From a virus: DNA of 64,000 bases. The DNA lies in the IMG/VR virus record IMGVR_UViG_3300008516_000159; one strand, written 5' to 3'. The notes below the pieces were generated by a model that was not told the DNA's origin, made no database searches, and saw only the letters and a list, made by a program, of their open reading frames with translations. The position numbers and the translations under genes were made by a program. Position 1 is the first letter of the stretch, and each line of letters starts with the position of its first letter. Positions 1 through 9,573 of this stretch are shown here, piece by piece.

Positions 1-67
1 TTTTAACGTTCAGCTCCGATAGATTTACAGGAGCTCTTGAGTCCTGCGTTTCCGGCGTTTTAGCCAT
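1..67 (-). CDS. 5' end of a gene running off the window (MAKTPETQDSRAPVNLSELNVK...)
   Basis: ATG at 67 with GGAGG RBS upstream; frame open to window edge; lies downstream of the tail tube gene. Confidence 0.55.
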   Translation of the reverse strand, partial: MAKTPETQDSRAPVNLSELNVK

Positions 68-70
68 TAT

Positions 71-241
71 TTACACCTCCTCATTCTGTTCCGAGAGCAC
101 ACCAAAGTTTCCTTCTTTGTATTCTCGGATTACGTGTTTTGCACCCATATCTGTTAGCTTTTTTATGGAGATTCCAGTTTTTTTCGAAATCTCCTGTAAC
201 TCTTTCTTTTCTTTTTCAGAAATTCGGGTGGTTTCTGACAT
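71..241 (-). CDS. 56-aa ribbon-helix-helix-like DNA-binding protein (not in ORF track)
   Basis: Hand translation MSETTRISEKEKKELQEISKKTGISIKKLTDMGAKHVIREYKEGNFGVLSEQNEEV; AAGGGGG RBS; CopG/Arc-like pattern. Confidence 0.55.
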   Translation of the reverse strand: MSETTRISEKEKKELQEISKKTGISIKKLTDMGAKHVIREYKEGNFGVLSEQNEEV

Positions 242-331
242 TTATACTACCCCCTTCTGTTGTTACTCCCTGTATCCAAATGTTACTCATTGCTTACCTT
301 TGAACTCGAAATAAAATCTTAGCGTTTTCGC

Positions 332-358
332 AAAAAAAAAGGGCCACGTGGCCCTTTT
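332..358 (-). terminator. Rho-independent terminator
   Basis: GGGCCACGTGGCCC followed by T9 on minus strand. Confidence 0.8.
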
Positions 359-377
359 CCCTTATACAACAATATGT

Positions 378-662
378 TTATAATTTCAACTTAAGTTCTT
401 TGGCGAGATCTAGTTTTTGTTCCAAACTCATTTCCTCAACTTTTTCCCTTTTCACTCTGGCTGACAACAATGCTTTTGTAACAATATTATCGGCTTCTGT
501 TTTTGGTACCATTTTGTCGCCGACTTTCCAGAGATCCCTCACTCCTGGCGGAAGCTTACTTTTCTCCCAACCCCTGGACATTTTTTGTGTCGCGCGAAGA
601 CCACCATATTCCGAACCAATAGTTGTTGCGCGCAACTCATTCAACGCGGTTGACAGTTTCAT
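378..662 (-). CDS. Hypothetical protein with capsid-targeting-like N-terminus
   Basis: MKLSTALNE|L; ORF between tube terminator and next terminator. Confidence 0.6.
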   Translation of the reverse strand: MKLSTALNELRATTIGSEYGGLRATQKMSRGWEKSKLPPGVRDLWKVGDKMVPKTEADNIVTKALLSARVKREKVEEMSLEQKLDLAKELKLKL

Positions 663-681
663 GGTTTTATCCTTACGTTAT

Positions 682-709
682 AAAAAGGCCCGAGTTGCCC
701 CGGGCCTTT
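682..709 (-). terminator. Rho-independent terminator after tail tube gene
   Basis: AGGCCCG-loop-CGGGCCT plus T-run on minus strand. Confidence 0.8.
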
Positions 710-736
710 CTATGATCAGATTATATATAACTTCTC

Positions 737-1276
737 TTATGAAGAAGGTATATTGCCCTGGGTTGTATCTTCCTGCAAGATAGCATAGTCAAAATTTAAC
801 GTCATGTTCGCCTGTAAGGCTTCATAACCACCGTAAGTAACTTCATTGTATGTAACATTGTCTGGATAACATCCAAACAAGTCCCAAGTCTCAGCGATTG
901 AACCATCAGGAGACAGGATAACGAGAGTTGCGTTAGTTTTATACTGAACGGCAAAACCCATTGCGCCTGTGACCGGATCATACACTGAGCGAGCCCAATT
1001 CCAAAGAATTTGAGCCGATGAATCTTTACCTTTGTCGTAGTCATAGAACACACAGGCAATTTGGTCCCATGTGGGGTTTGCTGCAAACTTGAATTGTTCA
1101 TTCAAGCGGTTGATGACCGTGCTGTTGAAGCTTATCGACGGTCGACTTGCAGATAGTAAGTCGAGTGCCAGAGCCTCTGGATCTCCACCGGGAACCGAAT
1201 CGAACTTCAAGATGAACCTATTTTGACGCTTAGGCTCTTTAATTGATTGTTCGGCTGTACTGAGTACTATAGGCAT
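737..1276 (-). CDS. Tail tube protein (T4 gp19-like)
   Basis: EPKRQNRFIL, W...VYDPVTGAMGFAVQYK, W.L.GCYP...LNFDYA motifs; directly after sheath gene. Confidence 0.9.
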   Translation of the reverse strand: MPIVLSTAEQSIKEPKRQNRFILKFDSVPGGDPEALALDLLSASRPSISFNSTVINRLNEQFKFAANPTWDQIACVFYDYDKGKDSSAQILWNWARSVYDPVTGAMGFAVQYKTNATLVILSPDGSIAETWDLFGCYPDNVTYNEVTYGGYEALQANMTLNFDYAILQEDTTQGNIPSS

Positions 1277-1293
1277 TTAAGCACCCCCCTATT

Positions 1294-3357
1294 TTATTCA
1301 GTAATGAATGTCTCGCCGGTGGAGGTAATAGTGAAATATACCTCAATAAACTCGGCGGTCTTTACGGGCTGTAAGAAAATGTAGCCTATCATTCTGTTCT
1401 GATCGATTGTTTCTGATGTATTTGTATTTGAGTCCATAACAACCGTGTAGCTGTATAGACCTCTACGAATTCTAATTGGCTCGAGAATAGCGTTGGCCTT
1501 TCTGGTGAAGTCTGCCCAAGCTGTTTCATCATTAGGCTCGAACACAAAGCTCTTTGCCATTTTAGCGACTAATCTTTCGGCGTAAATGAGAAGTCTTCGT
1601 ACATTCACCCTGTTCGTAGCTTTTGTATCTCTTAGTAATGTCTTCTGACCCCAAATTGTGAGACCTTCGCCAACAAAGTTGACGATTGGGTTAACTGCAT
1701 TCATTCCACCATACAGCAGGTCCCTCTGAGATTGAGATGCCGATTGCTCTACATCCAAAGCTGTTACACGACCTCTCGTCATACCGGCTGGTGCCTGCCA
1801 TGGGTCTGAAACGCTGTCAGTATATACATACTGTTTAGCAACATATCCAGAAGGCGGCAACCATACATACTGCTTGTTGTACGGATCATAGTCATACAAC
1901 CATGGCCAGTACAATGCTGCGTAAGATGTGTTGAAAGCTGCTGCGTTGCCATGACCTTCGCCATTGTGCCATACTGTTACATCCTCATGATTGAGACCGA
2001 ATGGAGGGTCTATTACCGCGATGCAGTCTCGTCTGGAACCAACCAGCGTAAGGGCTGAGTTGATAACCACCGAAGATGATTGACCTGGTACTAATATTGC
2101 GTCAAACTCGTTAGTTTCTGAGTTGGCTAAAGTATTAATACCCCTGAGGATTTCAGTGTACACCGCACTATTGAGTAGGCTGGCTTCAGTGCTTGATAGT
2201 CCATCGGACTGATCAACAACCGGAATACCATTGGCGCCGGCTGCTAGTGCGATAAAATCGTTAGGATCGTCGGCAATGTCTACTGGTGGATAATTGTCTG
2301 TGCCGGTGTTCTCGATAGAAACATAATCTGAACCCGAACCATATGTGTCTATAAACAAAGTCTCCACATAGTAGTCAGATGTTGCATCAATCCATTCAAT
2401 TTTGTCATATTGCTCAACGGCTTTGTCTTCATAGTAAATGGTAGCTTTGTAAATTGTCTCTGTGATGAACTCACCCAAGACAGCATTAAATTGCGAAGAT
2501 GTTTCACTGTAGAATCTGACGGTGATGTCATTACCCCAAGCACCATAAGTCTTGGCTGTGACAGTTACACTACTTTCGCCAGCTGCGGTGCCGTCACCAT
2601 AACCAACACCACGCGCAGAACGATTGTTCTCCAAGAAACCCAGCTGACTGATTGTCGTATCGCCACCCGTGCCTGATATACTTAGTGCGGCAAGATCATC
2701 TTTGTATTCGTCTTCATCCTTCATTGTTATCGTTAGATAATTGCCGGATGTTCCGAACTCAAAATAATCACCTGCGCCCGACGGGATAAGGGTGTTAAGT
2801 GCTGTGGCGAGTAAAGCTGCCGATGTTACCGACGGACCACCAATGCTACCAGTTATATCAGCTTCGTAACTAGTGCCAAGGTTACTGTTGTAGTATTTCA
2901 GAGTAAAATCAACATCAGTAATATAAGTCAGGCCGGAAGCATACGCTCTCGTGCCTGTGATTGTCGGCACTGCCGCGGTTTGCGCGGCTTGATCGGTTTT
3001 CTTGAAGGCGGCTATTAACCGGCCGGTCCAACCTGTGTCCTCTTCATCATCCACTCCGCCAAAGGCTGGTAAGTCTTTCAAGTCCCTATCAGTATAACCG
3101 ACTCTGGTCACTAGAAGCGTGTTGCCTTCTTCGAAGTACTTCAAAGCAGCTAGAGTCATATAAGGGTTATCTTCTGAGGGCTTTCCAAACTTATCGATAA
3201 AATCCTGGGCGCTTGTACAAAGTGTAGGAGTATCTACAGGGCCTTTTGAGGCGTAACCTACCATACTAACTTTCGTGACCGATGTTGTTACTGCGTATGA
3301 GCTCTGATCTTGTTCAAGTAGAATAACGCCAGGACTCATCAGAAAGTTGGTAGCCAT
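1294..3357 (-). CDS. Tail sheath protein (T4 gp18-like)
   Basis: SPGV...E.D, GYASKGPVDTPT, YAALYWPWL, WQAPAG..RG, RVNVRRLLIY, FVFEPND motifs. Confidence 0.95.
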   Translation of the reverse strand: MATNFLMSPGVILLEQDQSSYAVTTSVTKVSMVGYASKGPVDTPTLCTSAQDFIDKFGKPSEDNPYMTLAALKYFEEGNTLLVTRVGYTDRDLKDLPAFGGVDDEEDTGWTGRLIAAFKKTDQAAQTAAVPTITGTRAYASGLTYITDVDFTLKYYNSNLGTSYEADITGSIGGPSVTSAALLATALNTLIPSGAGDYFEFGTSGNYLTITMKDEDEYKDDLAALSISGTGGDTTISQLGFLENNRSARGVGYGDGTAAGESSVTVTAKTYGAWGNDITVRFYSETSSQFNAVLGEFITETIYKATIYYEDKAVEQYDKIEWIDATSDYYVETLFIDTYGSGSDYVSIENTGTDNYPPVDIADDPNDFIALAAGANGIPVVDQSDGLSSTEASLLNSAVYTEILRGINTLANSETNEFDAILVPGQSSSVVINSALTLVGSRRDCIAVIDPPFGLNHEDVTVWHNGEGHGNAAAFNTSYAALYWPWLYDYDPYNKQYVWLPPSGYVAKQYVYTDSVSDPWQAPAGMTRGRVTALDVEQSASQSQRDLLYGGMNAVNPIVNFVGEGLTIWGQKTLLRDTKATNRVNVRRLLIYAERLVAKMAKSFVFEPNDETAWADFTRKANAILEPIRIRRGLYSYTVVMDSNTNTSETIDQNRMIGYIFLQPVKTAEFIEVYFTITSTGETFITE

Positions 3358-3385
3358 TTATATTCCTCCCTTGTTGGCTTCTGTA

Positions 3386-3571
3386 TTATAGAGGTTGATC
3401 TGCTTCCTCTTGAATCTTTATGATTTGCAGAAAGCCTTTAAGTTCAAGATTTTTCATCTGTTTCGTAATCTTTGTTACCTTCATGGTCTTCCTGGCAGGA
3501 AGAATCGCATGATCGTTATCAATAATAAGCTCAATCGGCTGATATGTCTTATTCTTGATTTTGAACAACAT
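3386..3571 (-). CDS. Small hypothetical virion-associated protein
   Basis: In-operon ORF with RBS between gp15-like and sheath genes. Confidence 0.6.
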   Translation of the reverse strand: MLFKIKNKTYQPIELIIDNDHAILPARKTMKVTKITKQMKNLELKGFLQIIKIQEEADQPL

Positions 3572-3581
3572 TTTGCTCTCC

Positions 3582-4703
3582 TTAAATTACCATTTCCCTC
3601 AGGTAATGTCTATATTTTATCCAACGGTTGTAAAACAACCACTCGTATGAATATCCATTCCATCGGTAGTATTTCGATTCACTGTTGACGTATCTTATCT
3701 CGCCGTCTATATTTCCTGTTAACGGCAAATCATTCAAAGTAGCAACAGCTTGCCGATAAAACTCCGTATCTGGCGCTCCCCAAACATAAGGATCGCCATC
3801 TTCGAAATATTGAGTATCATCTTCTACTCGTCTGATATCTCCTATTGAATTTCCTACTAACGGCAAAGCGCTATAAGTCGCCACTGGTGGTAGCCAATCA
3901 TCATCATGAGTCATTAAATATTCGAAATCAGCCTCTGTTATCGCGAAGATGCTAATTCCTTCAGCTGTATCATAATCCAGAACGCTGTTAATTTCTAATT
4001 CATGAATAGGTTTATATTCGTACCCGCCTACTGGTAAATACGCCCTGTCGCAAACTATCGTGACGTCTGTCCGTATAAGCCTATCTCCTGCATCACCAGG
4101 CTCTAAATTAGATGCATCCGCTACCGACTCCATGAGCAGTGGAAACCATTGACCAGGTTTCTTTATCCAGTCGCCGTTTTCGTCCTTAGCTTTTCCTTGC
4201 TCAGGACCATCCTCAATAGGATAATATCGCTTGCGGTTCTCATAACTATTATAATCCACATTAGAATCAACCGCCAAGTAACGAAATGGAGTAAATTGCG
4301 ATACAAGTTGGTAAAGAACAATGTCCATATCCATCTGAAGCTTTGTCCAGATGTTTATAACATATGTCAAGGAGTATGTCAAGAACGGCTTCATTCTCTT
4401 TGATATGTTATTATCTTGGTCATAAACAGTCTCTAAGTTTTCAATAGCTGTGTTTTTTTCCAGTTGATATGCAAAGTTAGCTAAATAAAAACTTACAATC
4501 GGTATATCTGTTTGCTTATTTCTGAGTGGTGCGACATACTTGGCTATAGCTCGCTCTGGAGACGCATAAACTACCTTTACTTGTGATGTGCTACTGCCAA
4601 AGGTAGGGTGTTCATCCAATCGCGGCACGTGAAAGATGGAAACGAGCCATCTTTTGACTTCCACACTATACTTTTTAAATAGAAAATATACTGGTGGTGC
4701 CAA
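3582..4703 (-). CDS. Tail terminator / sheath stabiliser (T4 gp15-like) with C-terminal accessory modules
   Basis: VVYASPERA, LTYVINIWTK...DIVLYQL pattern; position upstream of sheath. Confidence 0.75.
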   Translation of the reverse strand: MAPPVYFLFKKYSVEVKRWLVSIFHVPRLDEHPTFGSSTSQVKVVYASPERAIAKYVAPLRNKQTDIPIVSFYLANFAYQLEKNTAIENLETVYDQDNNISKRMKPFLTYSLTYVINIWTKLQMDMDIVLYQLVSQFTPFRYLAVDSNVDYNSYENRKRYYPIEDGPEQGKAKDENGDWIKKPGQWFPLLMESVADASNLEPGDAGDRLIRTDVTIVCDRAYLPVGGYEYKPIHELEINSVLDYDTAEGISIFAITEADFEYLMTHDDDWLPPVATYSALPLVGNSIGDIRRVEDDTQYFEDGDPYVWGAPDTEFYRQAVATLNDLPLTGNIDGEIRYVNSESKYYRWNGYSYEWLFYNRWIKYRHYLREMVI

Positions 4704-4707
4704 CTTG

Positions 4708-4992
4708 TTACCTCACCCATTTTTTTATATTCCCGCTTATTCTTCTTTTGAGTTTTATAACTCTATGAGCAGGATGGTGTTGATCCGATCCAAACTCTTT
4801 TTGTAGAAAATCTTTATCTTCACTGACCACTCTGACGCGGCTGCCGCTCTCATCGGAACTTATTGTCCCAACTTCCTCCGCAGGAAAAGCGCTCTTAATT
4901 TCAGCCTCAACATGTTTGACGAGCGTTTCTCCAGAAGAGCGCACAGTATCTCTGAGTTGATCCATTATTTTATCGAACGCATCTAGTGCCAT
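4708..4992 (-). CDS. Hypothetical protein, possibly HK97-gp10-like tail completion protein
   Basis: KEFGS..HPAH resembles EFGT..P motif; weak. Confidence 0.4.
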   Translation of the reverse strand: MALDAFDKIMDQLRDTVRSSGETLVKHVEAEIKSAFPAEEVGTISSDESGSRVRVVSEDKDFLQKEFGSDQHHPAHRVIKLKRRISGNIKKWVR

Positions 4993-5309
4993 TACGGAAT
5001 CTCTGGAAAAGCCGGATTAATGTGCTTTAATTGTTCCTTTGATTGCTGACTCTTGACGTCGGCCTTTGTTTGAACAGTAACACCATCCATCGATCTTATT
5101 TGATCGATCACTTGACCAAACTTGTCTTTTTGGATCTTGAATTTATATTCTTTTTCCAATTCTTTCTCGGGACTTTCCATCGAATCCTTATCAAACGCGC
5201 CATCGCCAACCATGAGTATTGCTTCTATATATTTTGGCGTAGGAGCATTGGAAACACTCTTACCTTGCTTTAAGTCTTGCTCAATGATAACTTGTCTCAA
5301 TGTCCTCAT
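4992..5309 (-). CDS. Hypothetical internal head protein candidate
   Basis: MRTLRQVIIE|QD N-terminus; translationally coupled. Confidence 0.6.
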   Translation of the reverse strand: MRTLRQVIIEQDLKQGKSVSNAPTPKYIEAILMVGDGAFDKDSMESPEKELEKEYKFKIQKDKFGQVIDQIRSMDGVTVQTKADVKSQQSKEQLKHINPAFPEIP

Positions 5310-5635
5310 TAAACCTCTCCTTGATGTTTTGTCGCCAAAAGCTTATCGTTATAATCTTTTATCTTAGTTAAAGTTTCGTTAATCTTATCTTTGTCATAAA
5401 GATGCCTTATGAAGCCATCATATTTATTATCTGGCGGAAGTTTACGAGACAGATCTTGCATCTGTCGGGCTAGAGATTGAACGGAAACTTTGCGCTGCTC
5501 GTCTGAAAGATCTTTCTCGTACTTCAAGTATTCGTCTATATTGGTGTTTATTATATTTAGATCGTCGGCAGGAATGGTTTGATTAGCCGCTTCTGTATCC
5601 TGCTCCAGAAGAGCTAACATATCAAAAAATCTCAT
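5309..5635 (-). CDS. Hypothetical internal head protein candidate
   Basis: MRFFDMLALLE|QD N-terminus; coupled overlaps. Confidence 0.6.
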   Translation of the reverse strand: MRFFDMLALLEQDTEAANQTIPADDLNIINTNIDEYLKYEKDLSDEQRKVSVQSLARQMQDLSRKLPPDNKYDGFIRHLYDKDKINETLTKIKDYNDKLLATKHQGEV

Positions 5636-5742
5636 TTTTCTTCCGTCGGTTTGGTTTCCTTTTTCTTTTCGTCTTTCTTTTTTTTCTTATCTGGAGCGTG
5701 ATTAAGTCCACAAGCTTTGTCTAACACTTCTTTGAGGTTCAT
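5632..5742 (-). CDS. 36-aa lysine-rich micro-protein (not in ORF track)
   Basis: MNLKEVLDKACGLNHAPDKKKKKDEKKKETKPTEEK; AGGAGG RBS; ATGA overlap with next gene. Confidence 0.6.
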   Translation of the reverse strand: MNLKEVLDKACGLNHAPDKKKKKDEKKKETKPTEEK

Positions 5743-5758
5743 TATACCCTCCTAATAT

Positions 5759-6817
5759 CTACGCATACCAAGGACCTTCACCCACCGTCCAAGCCTCATC
5801 CTCTGGTAAGTTCTTCATCAACTGATCATAAACATCCAATGGTATCTTGTCGGCTGTGACGTTGTAGTTGACGTAATGCCATGTTGGAGTTTCGTTCGCG
5901 ACAAACGCATATCTTACTTCATATATCTTACCTCTCACTTCTGTGCTGCCGGTTACTGGGTCGTGAGTTGGGGAACCGTCCAACCCCTCGATGGGCTCTA
6001 TTTCGTTTCTCGTTCCTTCATGACGCCTGAATGTTTCAATTAAATCGCCGGCCTCCAACACGTCAGTTACGTTGTCATAAACACCACCGGTTCTCTCTAG
6101 CATGATTATATGCTCGCTTCCTTTGATGTCTATCCAATCGTTGAATTGTATCATTCTCGAAGAAAGAACATCAGAATTACTTCCGGTTACAAGTTGTGCT
6201 GAATAATTCGAAATCCTATCTATGAAATCAACAAGCTTGTCTACAGTGTACACGCCCGAATGATTCAAGTCTATGATGCCGCCTTGATCCGCGTAATTCA
6301 ATTCAAACAGAGGATCCATGTATTCATCGCCACCCGTATAAATCAACTTGGCGTATAATCTACCCTCACCGTCATGATACAAAGCTAACTCATCTGGTTC
6401 CTCATAACTTATACCAGTAGGATCCTCCCAGTCATATGTTATTCTAATACTCGCTTCGGCCGAAGAAGATACCACTTTTGCGTTCTGTATGGTGTCTATC
6501 AATCTTTGTAGGTTGGTTGAGAATACAACTTCTTCTGGCATGTTGATGCCGAGTCGCGAGAGCTCTTCGGTCCAGGTAGGTTCGATATAATACATGCCCA
6601 CCACAACAGGTGGTAAATAGGTTCTGTAAATCAATTCTTCATATATGCCATCCGGGTCTTTGACGCTCTGAACCTTGTCAAATTTGTAGATACGACACGG
6701 TGCGGCGGATATCTTATGAAGTTCGTCGTTCACCGCGTTCATTAAGTCGAAGTCCGGGTTTTCGCGGTGGAAAGTTTTTAGTAGATTGTCGTCATCTTTA
6801 TTATAAGGATTAGCCAT
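5759..6817 (-). CDS. Neck/head-closure protein (T4 gp14-like) with insertion
   Basis: YLPPVVVGMYY...ELSRLGI...E..F and GDLIE...IYEV...E.P motifs; start placed at second Met. Confidence 0.7.
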   Translation of the reverse strand: MANPYNKDDDNLLKTFHRENPDFDLMNAVNDELHKISAAPCRIYKFDKVQSVKDPDGIYEELIYRTYLPPVVVGMYYIEPTWTEELSRLGINMPEEVVFSTNLQRLIDTIQNAKVVSSSAEASIRITYDWEDPTGISYEEPDELALYHDGEGRLYAKLIYTGGDEYMDPLFELNYADQGGIIDLNHSGVYTVDKLVDFIDRISNYSAQLVTGSNSDVLSSRMIQFNDWIDIKGSEHIIMLERTGGVYDNVTDVLEAGDLIETFRRHEGTRNEIEPIEGLDGSPTHDPVTGSTEVRGKIYEVRYAFVANETPTWHYVNYNVTADKIPLDVYDQLMKNLPEDEAWTVGEGPWYA

Positions 6818-7070
6818 AACTTTTCCTGAAAAAATCAAACAGTTTTACGACGTATGCTCTTTTTACTTCCTTCGGTGCATCATATTCAATAAGTGTGGGT
6901 GGAAAATCATGACCAATATCAAACAACAACCTGTATTTTTCCGGGCCCATGAAATGTATCTGATGTTTTATTATTTCTTCACCAAAGTCTCCCATCTCCA
7001 GCCTAGCAAGACAGATGGCAAGATTATAAATAGCGCCTCCTTCAAAAGTCGCTATGGCATAATTAGACAC
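6810..7070 (-). CDS. Small hypothetical protein, C-terminal basic-helix family
   Basis: Ends KRAYVVKLFDFF. Confidence 0.55.
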   Translation of the reverse strand: MSNYAIATFEGGAIYNLAICLARLEMGDFGEEIIKHQIHFMGPEKYRLLFDIGHDFPPTLIEYDAPKEVKRAYVVKLFDFFRKSYG

Positions 7071-7353
7071 GTTTGTTTACTCTAGCGTTCGGGTGTTTAT
7101 TTGAGCTGGCTGATACACACCGTTGAACCGCCGACCCGGCTAAAACCGATTCGGGATCCAGAGAAATATATTTCGAGGTCATCTTTGCAAGACGATTTCT
7201 TTTTACCAGCTTTCGCCCCTTTTTTTTTAGCTTCTTGATGGGTTTCGCGATATTAGTAAGGGGCATGAACTCGGTCTTTTTAGCAGGACCGCCCATTGCG
7301 CTCGTGCCAGCTACTTGTTCTTCTATGGAATTTAGCATTTCATGGAAGGTCAT
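7063..7353 (-). CDS. Basic internal head protein candidate
   Basis: MTFHEMLNSIEE|Q; Lys-rich. Confidence 0.55.
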   Translation of the reverse strand: MTFHEMLNSIEEQVAGTSAMGGPAKKTEFMPLTNIAKPIKKLKKKGRKLVKRNRLAKMTSKYISLDPESVLAGSAVQRCVSASSNKHPNARVNKRV

Positions 7354-7815
7354 TCAGTCCACCATCTTTGCGTGTTCTGCGGCAAGCTTGTACACTGCGG
7401 CTTCGGCTTTATGTACATTAAAACCCATACCTTCGGCCCAATCATGAAATTCATCGTCTGTCGGGCTGGTGTTCTTTTTTAAGAATTTGATTATATCATT
7501 TCTGGATGGAGTTTCACCACCAGAGGCCTCTCCACCGTTCTCTCTGATGCTTTTCAGAAAACTGGAAAGCTTTATGCTTTCTTCTTTCTTTTCTTTTTCG
7601 GCCTCTTTCTCCATCTTCGCCAATCTTGTGTAATAATCTGGTACTTCTTCCAGATGATCTTTTGCTATTTCTTTGGCGATCTCCGCACTCTTGGCGTGTT
7701 CTTTTTCTACTTTCATACCCATTGCCAACTCTTTCGGATCATATGCGTCATCAGGTTTATGTTTTGACAAACCTTGTTTTTTTAATAAATCAATGGCTGC
7801 TTGTTCAAGTTTCAT
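7354..7815 (-). CDS. DUF5661-like protein
   Basis: ELAMGMKVEKEH...AKEIAKDHLEEVPDYYTRLAKME motif. Confidence 0.7.
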   Translation of the reverse strand: MKLEQAAIDLLKKQGLSKHKPDDAYDPKELAMGMKVEKEHAKSAEIAKEIAKDHLEEVPDYYTRLAKMEKEAEKEKKEESIKLSSFLKSIRENGGEASGGETPSRNDIIKFLKKNTSPTDDEFHDWAEGMGFNVHKAEAAVYKLAAEHAKMVD

Positions 7816-8003
7816 GATAGGAACTCCGCGGACTGTTTTTTCTTTTTCTTCTTTTTTTTATCATCAAGTGGATCTGCTATGTTTATAGGCTTGACCATCA
7901 CCCTTCGTCTGACAACAGGGCCCATTACTCTAGGCAACCCTTCGACATTAGCGGCCGCAGTCGCACCGCCGTCGGATTCTAACACTGCTTGTTCAAAGAT
8001 CAT
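7812..8003 (-). CDS. Lysine-rich small internal protein candidate
   Basis: MIFEQAVLE|S; poly-K; ends SAEFLS. Confidence 0.55.
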   Translation of the reverse strand: MIFEQAVLESDGGATAAANVEGLPRVMGPVVRRRVMVKPINIADPLDDKKKKKKKKQSAEFLS

Positions 8004-8229
8004 TTAAGAACTCCGCAGGACTTTTCTTCTTTTCCTTCTTTTTGGAAACTTCTTGTTTGATTTGAGCCCTCAGTGAAACATCATTAGTGGTGTTGGCAAT
8101 CTTGGTAAAATTAGAAATAATTCCAGTAGCCGGATTGACACCTGCGCGTCTGAATCCTTCCCCTGAAGGAGGCACAAAAAACCCGCACGGTGCGGCAATC
8201 AACTCGCTCAACACTTGTTTGAACTTCAT
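7993..8229 (-). CDS. Lysine-rich small internal protein candidate
   Basis: MKFKQVLSE|L; ends PAEFLNDL, similar to neighbour. Confidence 0.55.
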   Translation of the reverse strand: MKFKQVLSELIAAPCGFFVPPSGEGFRRAGVNPATGIISNFTKIANTTNDVSLRAQIKQEVSKKKEKKKSPAEFLNDL

Positions 8230-9005
8230 TATCCAAGAATTTCCTGTTTGCCCTCGTATTCAAAGGTTGTTACCGGTTGTTTTTCCTGCACCGCGTCATA
8301 CACATTAATATAAGTCTTGTTTCTCGCGGTATCATAAATCTGAACAACCCATATTCTATAACGAACTAAAATGGCTTTTTTGCCCTTCTCTTTGGCCATG
8401 CCCTGATATTTCCAACGCGCCAATAAGGCCGCGGCTGGCGGCAAACCAAACGCCTCGTCCAATATTTCTTCTTCTAACAAGTCGAGCTCGTTGTATTCCA
8501 TGTTCAAGGACTCGACCTCTTTCTGTATTTCGGCCGCCTTTGTTTTAGGTTCTTTTTCTGGTTCGGCTAATTTTGGCGTTATTGACTTGGCCTCATCTTT
8601 ACCGATACTAGTTTGTACCAGCTTTTGACCCGCCGGCGCATAGTAAACTACATTATATCTATCTTCGGCGTGAAGATCTGGATAAAGTAAAACCCATAGA
8701 TTAAGAAGACGAAGCTTCATATCGGGTGCCTGGCGCCATAGCGTATACAGTTGTCGTCTGACTTCTCTCGGCGCGATACTAAAAGCGTATACGGTCTTGA
8801 CGGCTTTTCCTACGCCTCTCAACATTTGTCCGCCCTGCGACATAAGCTTTTTGAACGGACCACCTTCTTTTTCAGAGCCTGCGCCAACCAACGCTTTTAT
8901 CGGCATGCCGCCAACTTCTCCGACAGCCTTGGCGGCTCCGGCGAAAGTTCTCGCAAACGGAACTTTGCTAATCTTTCCGGCACCCTTTTCCTGTTCATTT
9001 ATCAT
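8229..9005 (-). CDS. Hypothetical protein
   Basis: 258-aa ORF in coupled operon. Confidence 0.65.
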   Translation of the reverse strand: MINEQEKGAGKISKVPFARTFAGAAKAVGEVGGMPIKALVGAGSEKEGGPFKKLMSQGGQMLRGVGKAVKTVYAFSIAPREVRRQLYTLWRQAPDMKLRLLNLWVLLYPDLHAEDRYNVVYYAPAGQKLVQTSIGKDEAKSITPKLAEPEKEPKTKAAEIQKEVESLNMEYNELDLLEEEILDEAFGLPPAAALLARWKYQGMAKEKGKKAILVRYRIWVVQIYDTARNKTYINVYDAVQEKQPVTTFEYEGKQEILG

Positions 9006-9015
9006 CGTTTATTCC

Positions 9016-9321
9016 TTAAAAAGAATAAAGTTCCATCTTGATGCCGTACTCTTGCTCAACGCGCTCTATTACTGCATCTACGGCCTCTCTATACATTGGA
9101 TATTCCAAAGTTTCCTTTTCAACCTTTATGCAGGTCGGGTACACATCGATAACATCATCACTAAAAGCTATTTTTCTTTTTTGAAGTTCTTCGGTTAAAG
9201 CTTCTTTGACGAGCTCGACGGTTTTCATCTTTTTATGTCTTTCTTCTGCCGATTCCGTGTAAGAACCAAAATTAGGCGAAGAAATCGCTTCATTGATTTC
9301 ATCGAATCGATCGTTGTTCAT
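9016..9321 (-). CDS. Hypothetical protein
   Basis: RBS; INE|A motif near N-terminus. Confidence 0.6.
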   Translation of the reverse strand: MNNDRFDEINEAISSPNFGSYTESAEERHKKMKTVELVKEALTEELQKRKIAFSDDVIDVYPTCIKVEKETLEYPMYREAVDAVIERVEQEYGIKMELYSF

Positions 9322-9335
9322 TGCACAATCTCCTA

Positions 9336-9515
9336 TTACTGTTTAGGTTCTCTGGTGCCTGTTCTTGGCAGCTCCGGAGCACCTAGTTTTATCCTTCTTT
9401 TTCTGGTTTGTAGACTATTCTTCTGTGTGTCCACAGGCTCTTCTTCTAGAACATTGTCTACAAGTTTTTGATAGCGCAGCATTTCTTTCGCGCCGTCACT
9501 ATGAATATCGGGCAT
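9336..9515 (-). CDS. Hypothetical protein
   Basis: Start moved to MPDIHS, which has an AGAGGGG RBS. Confidence 0.5.
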   Translation of the reverse strand: MPDIHSDGAKEMLRYQKLVDNVLEEEPVDTQKNSLQTRKRRIKLGAPELPRTGTREPKQ

Positions 9516-9573
9516 GGTGCACCCCCTAGATTTATCAGTATTATCTTTGCTGAGATTACATAAATGCTGAGCA

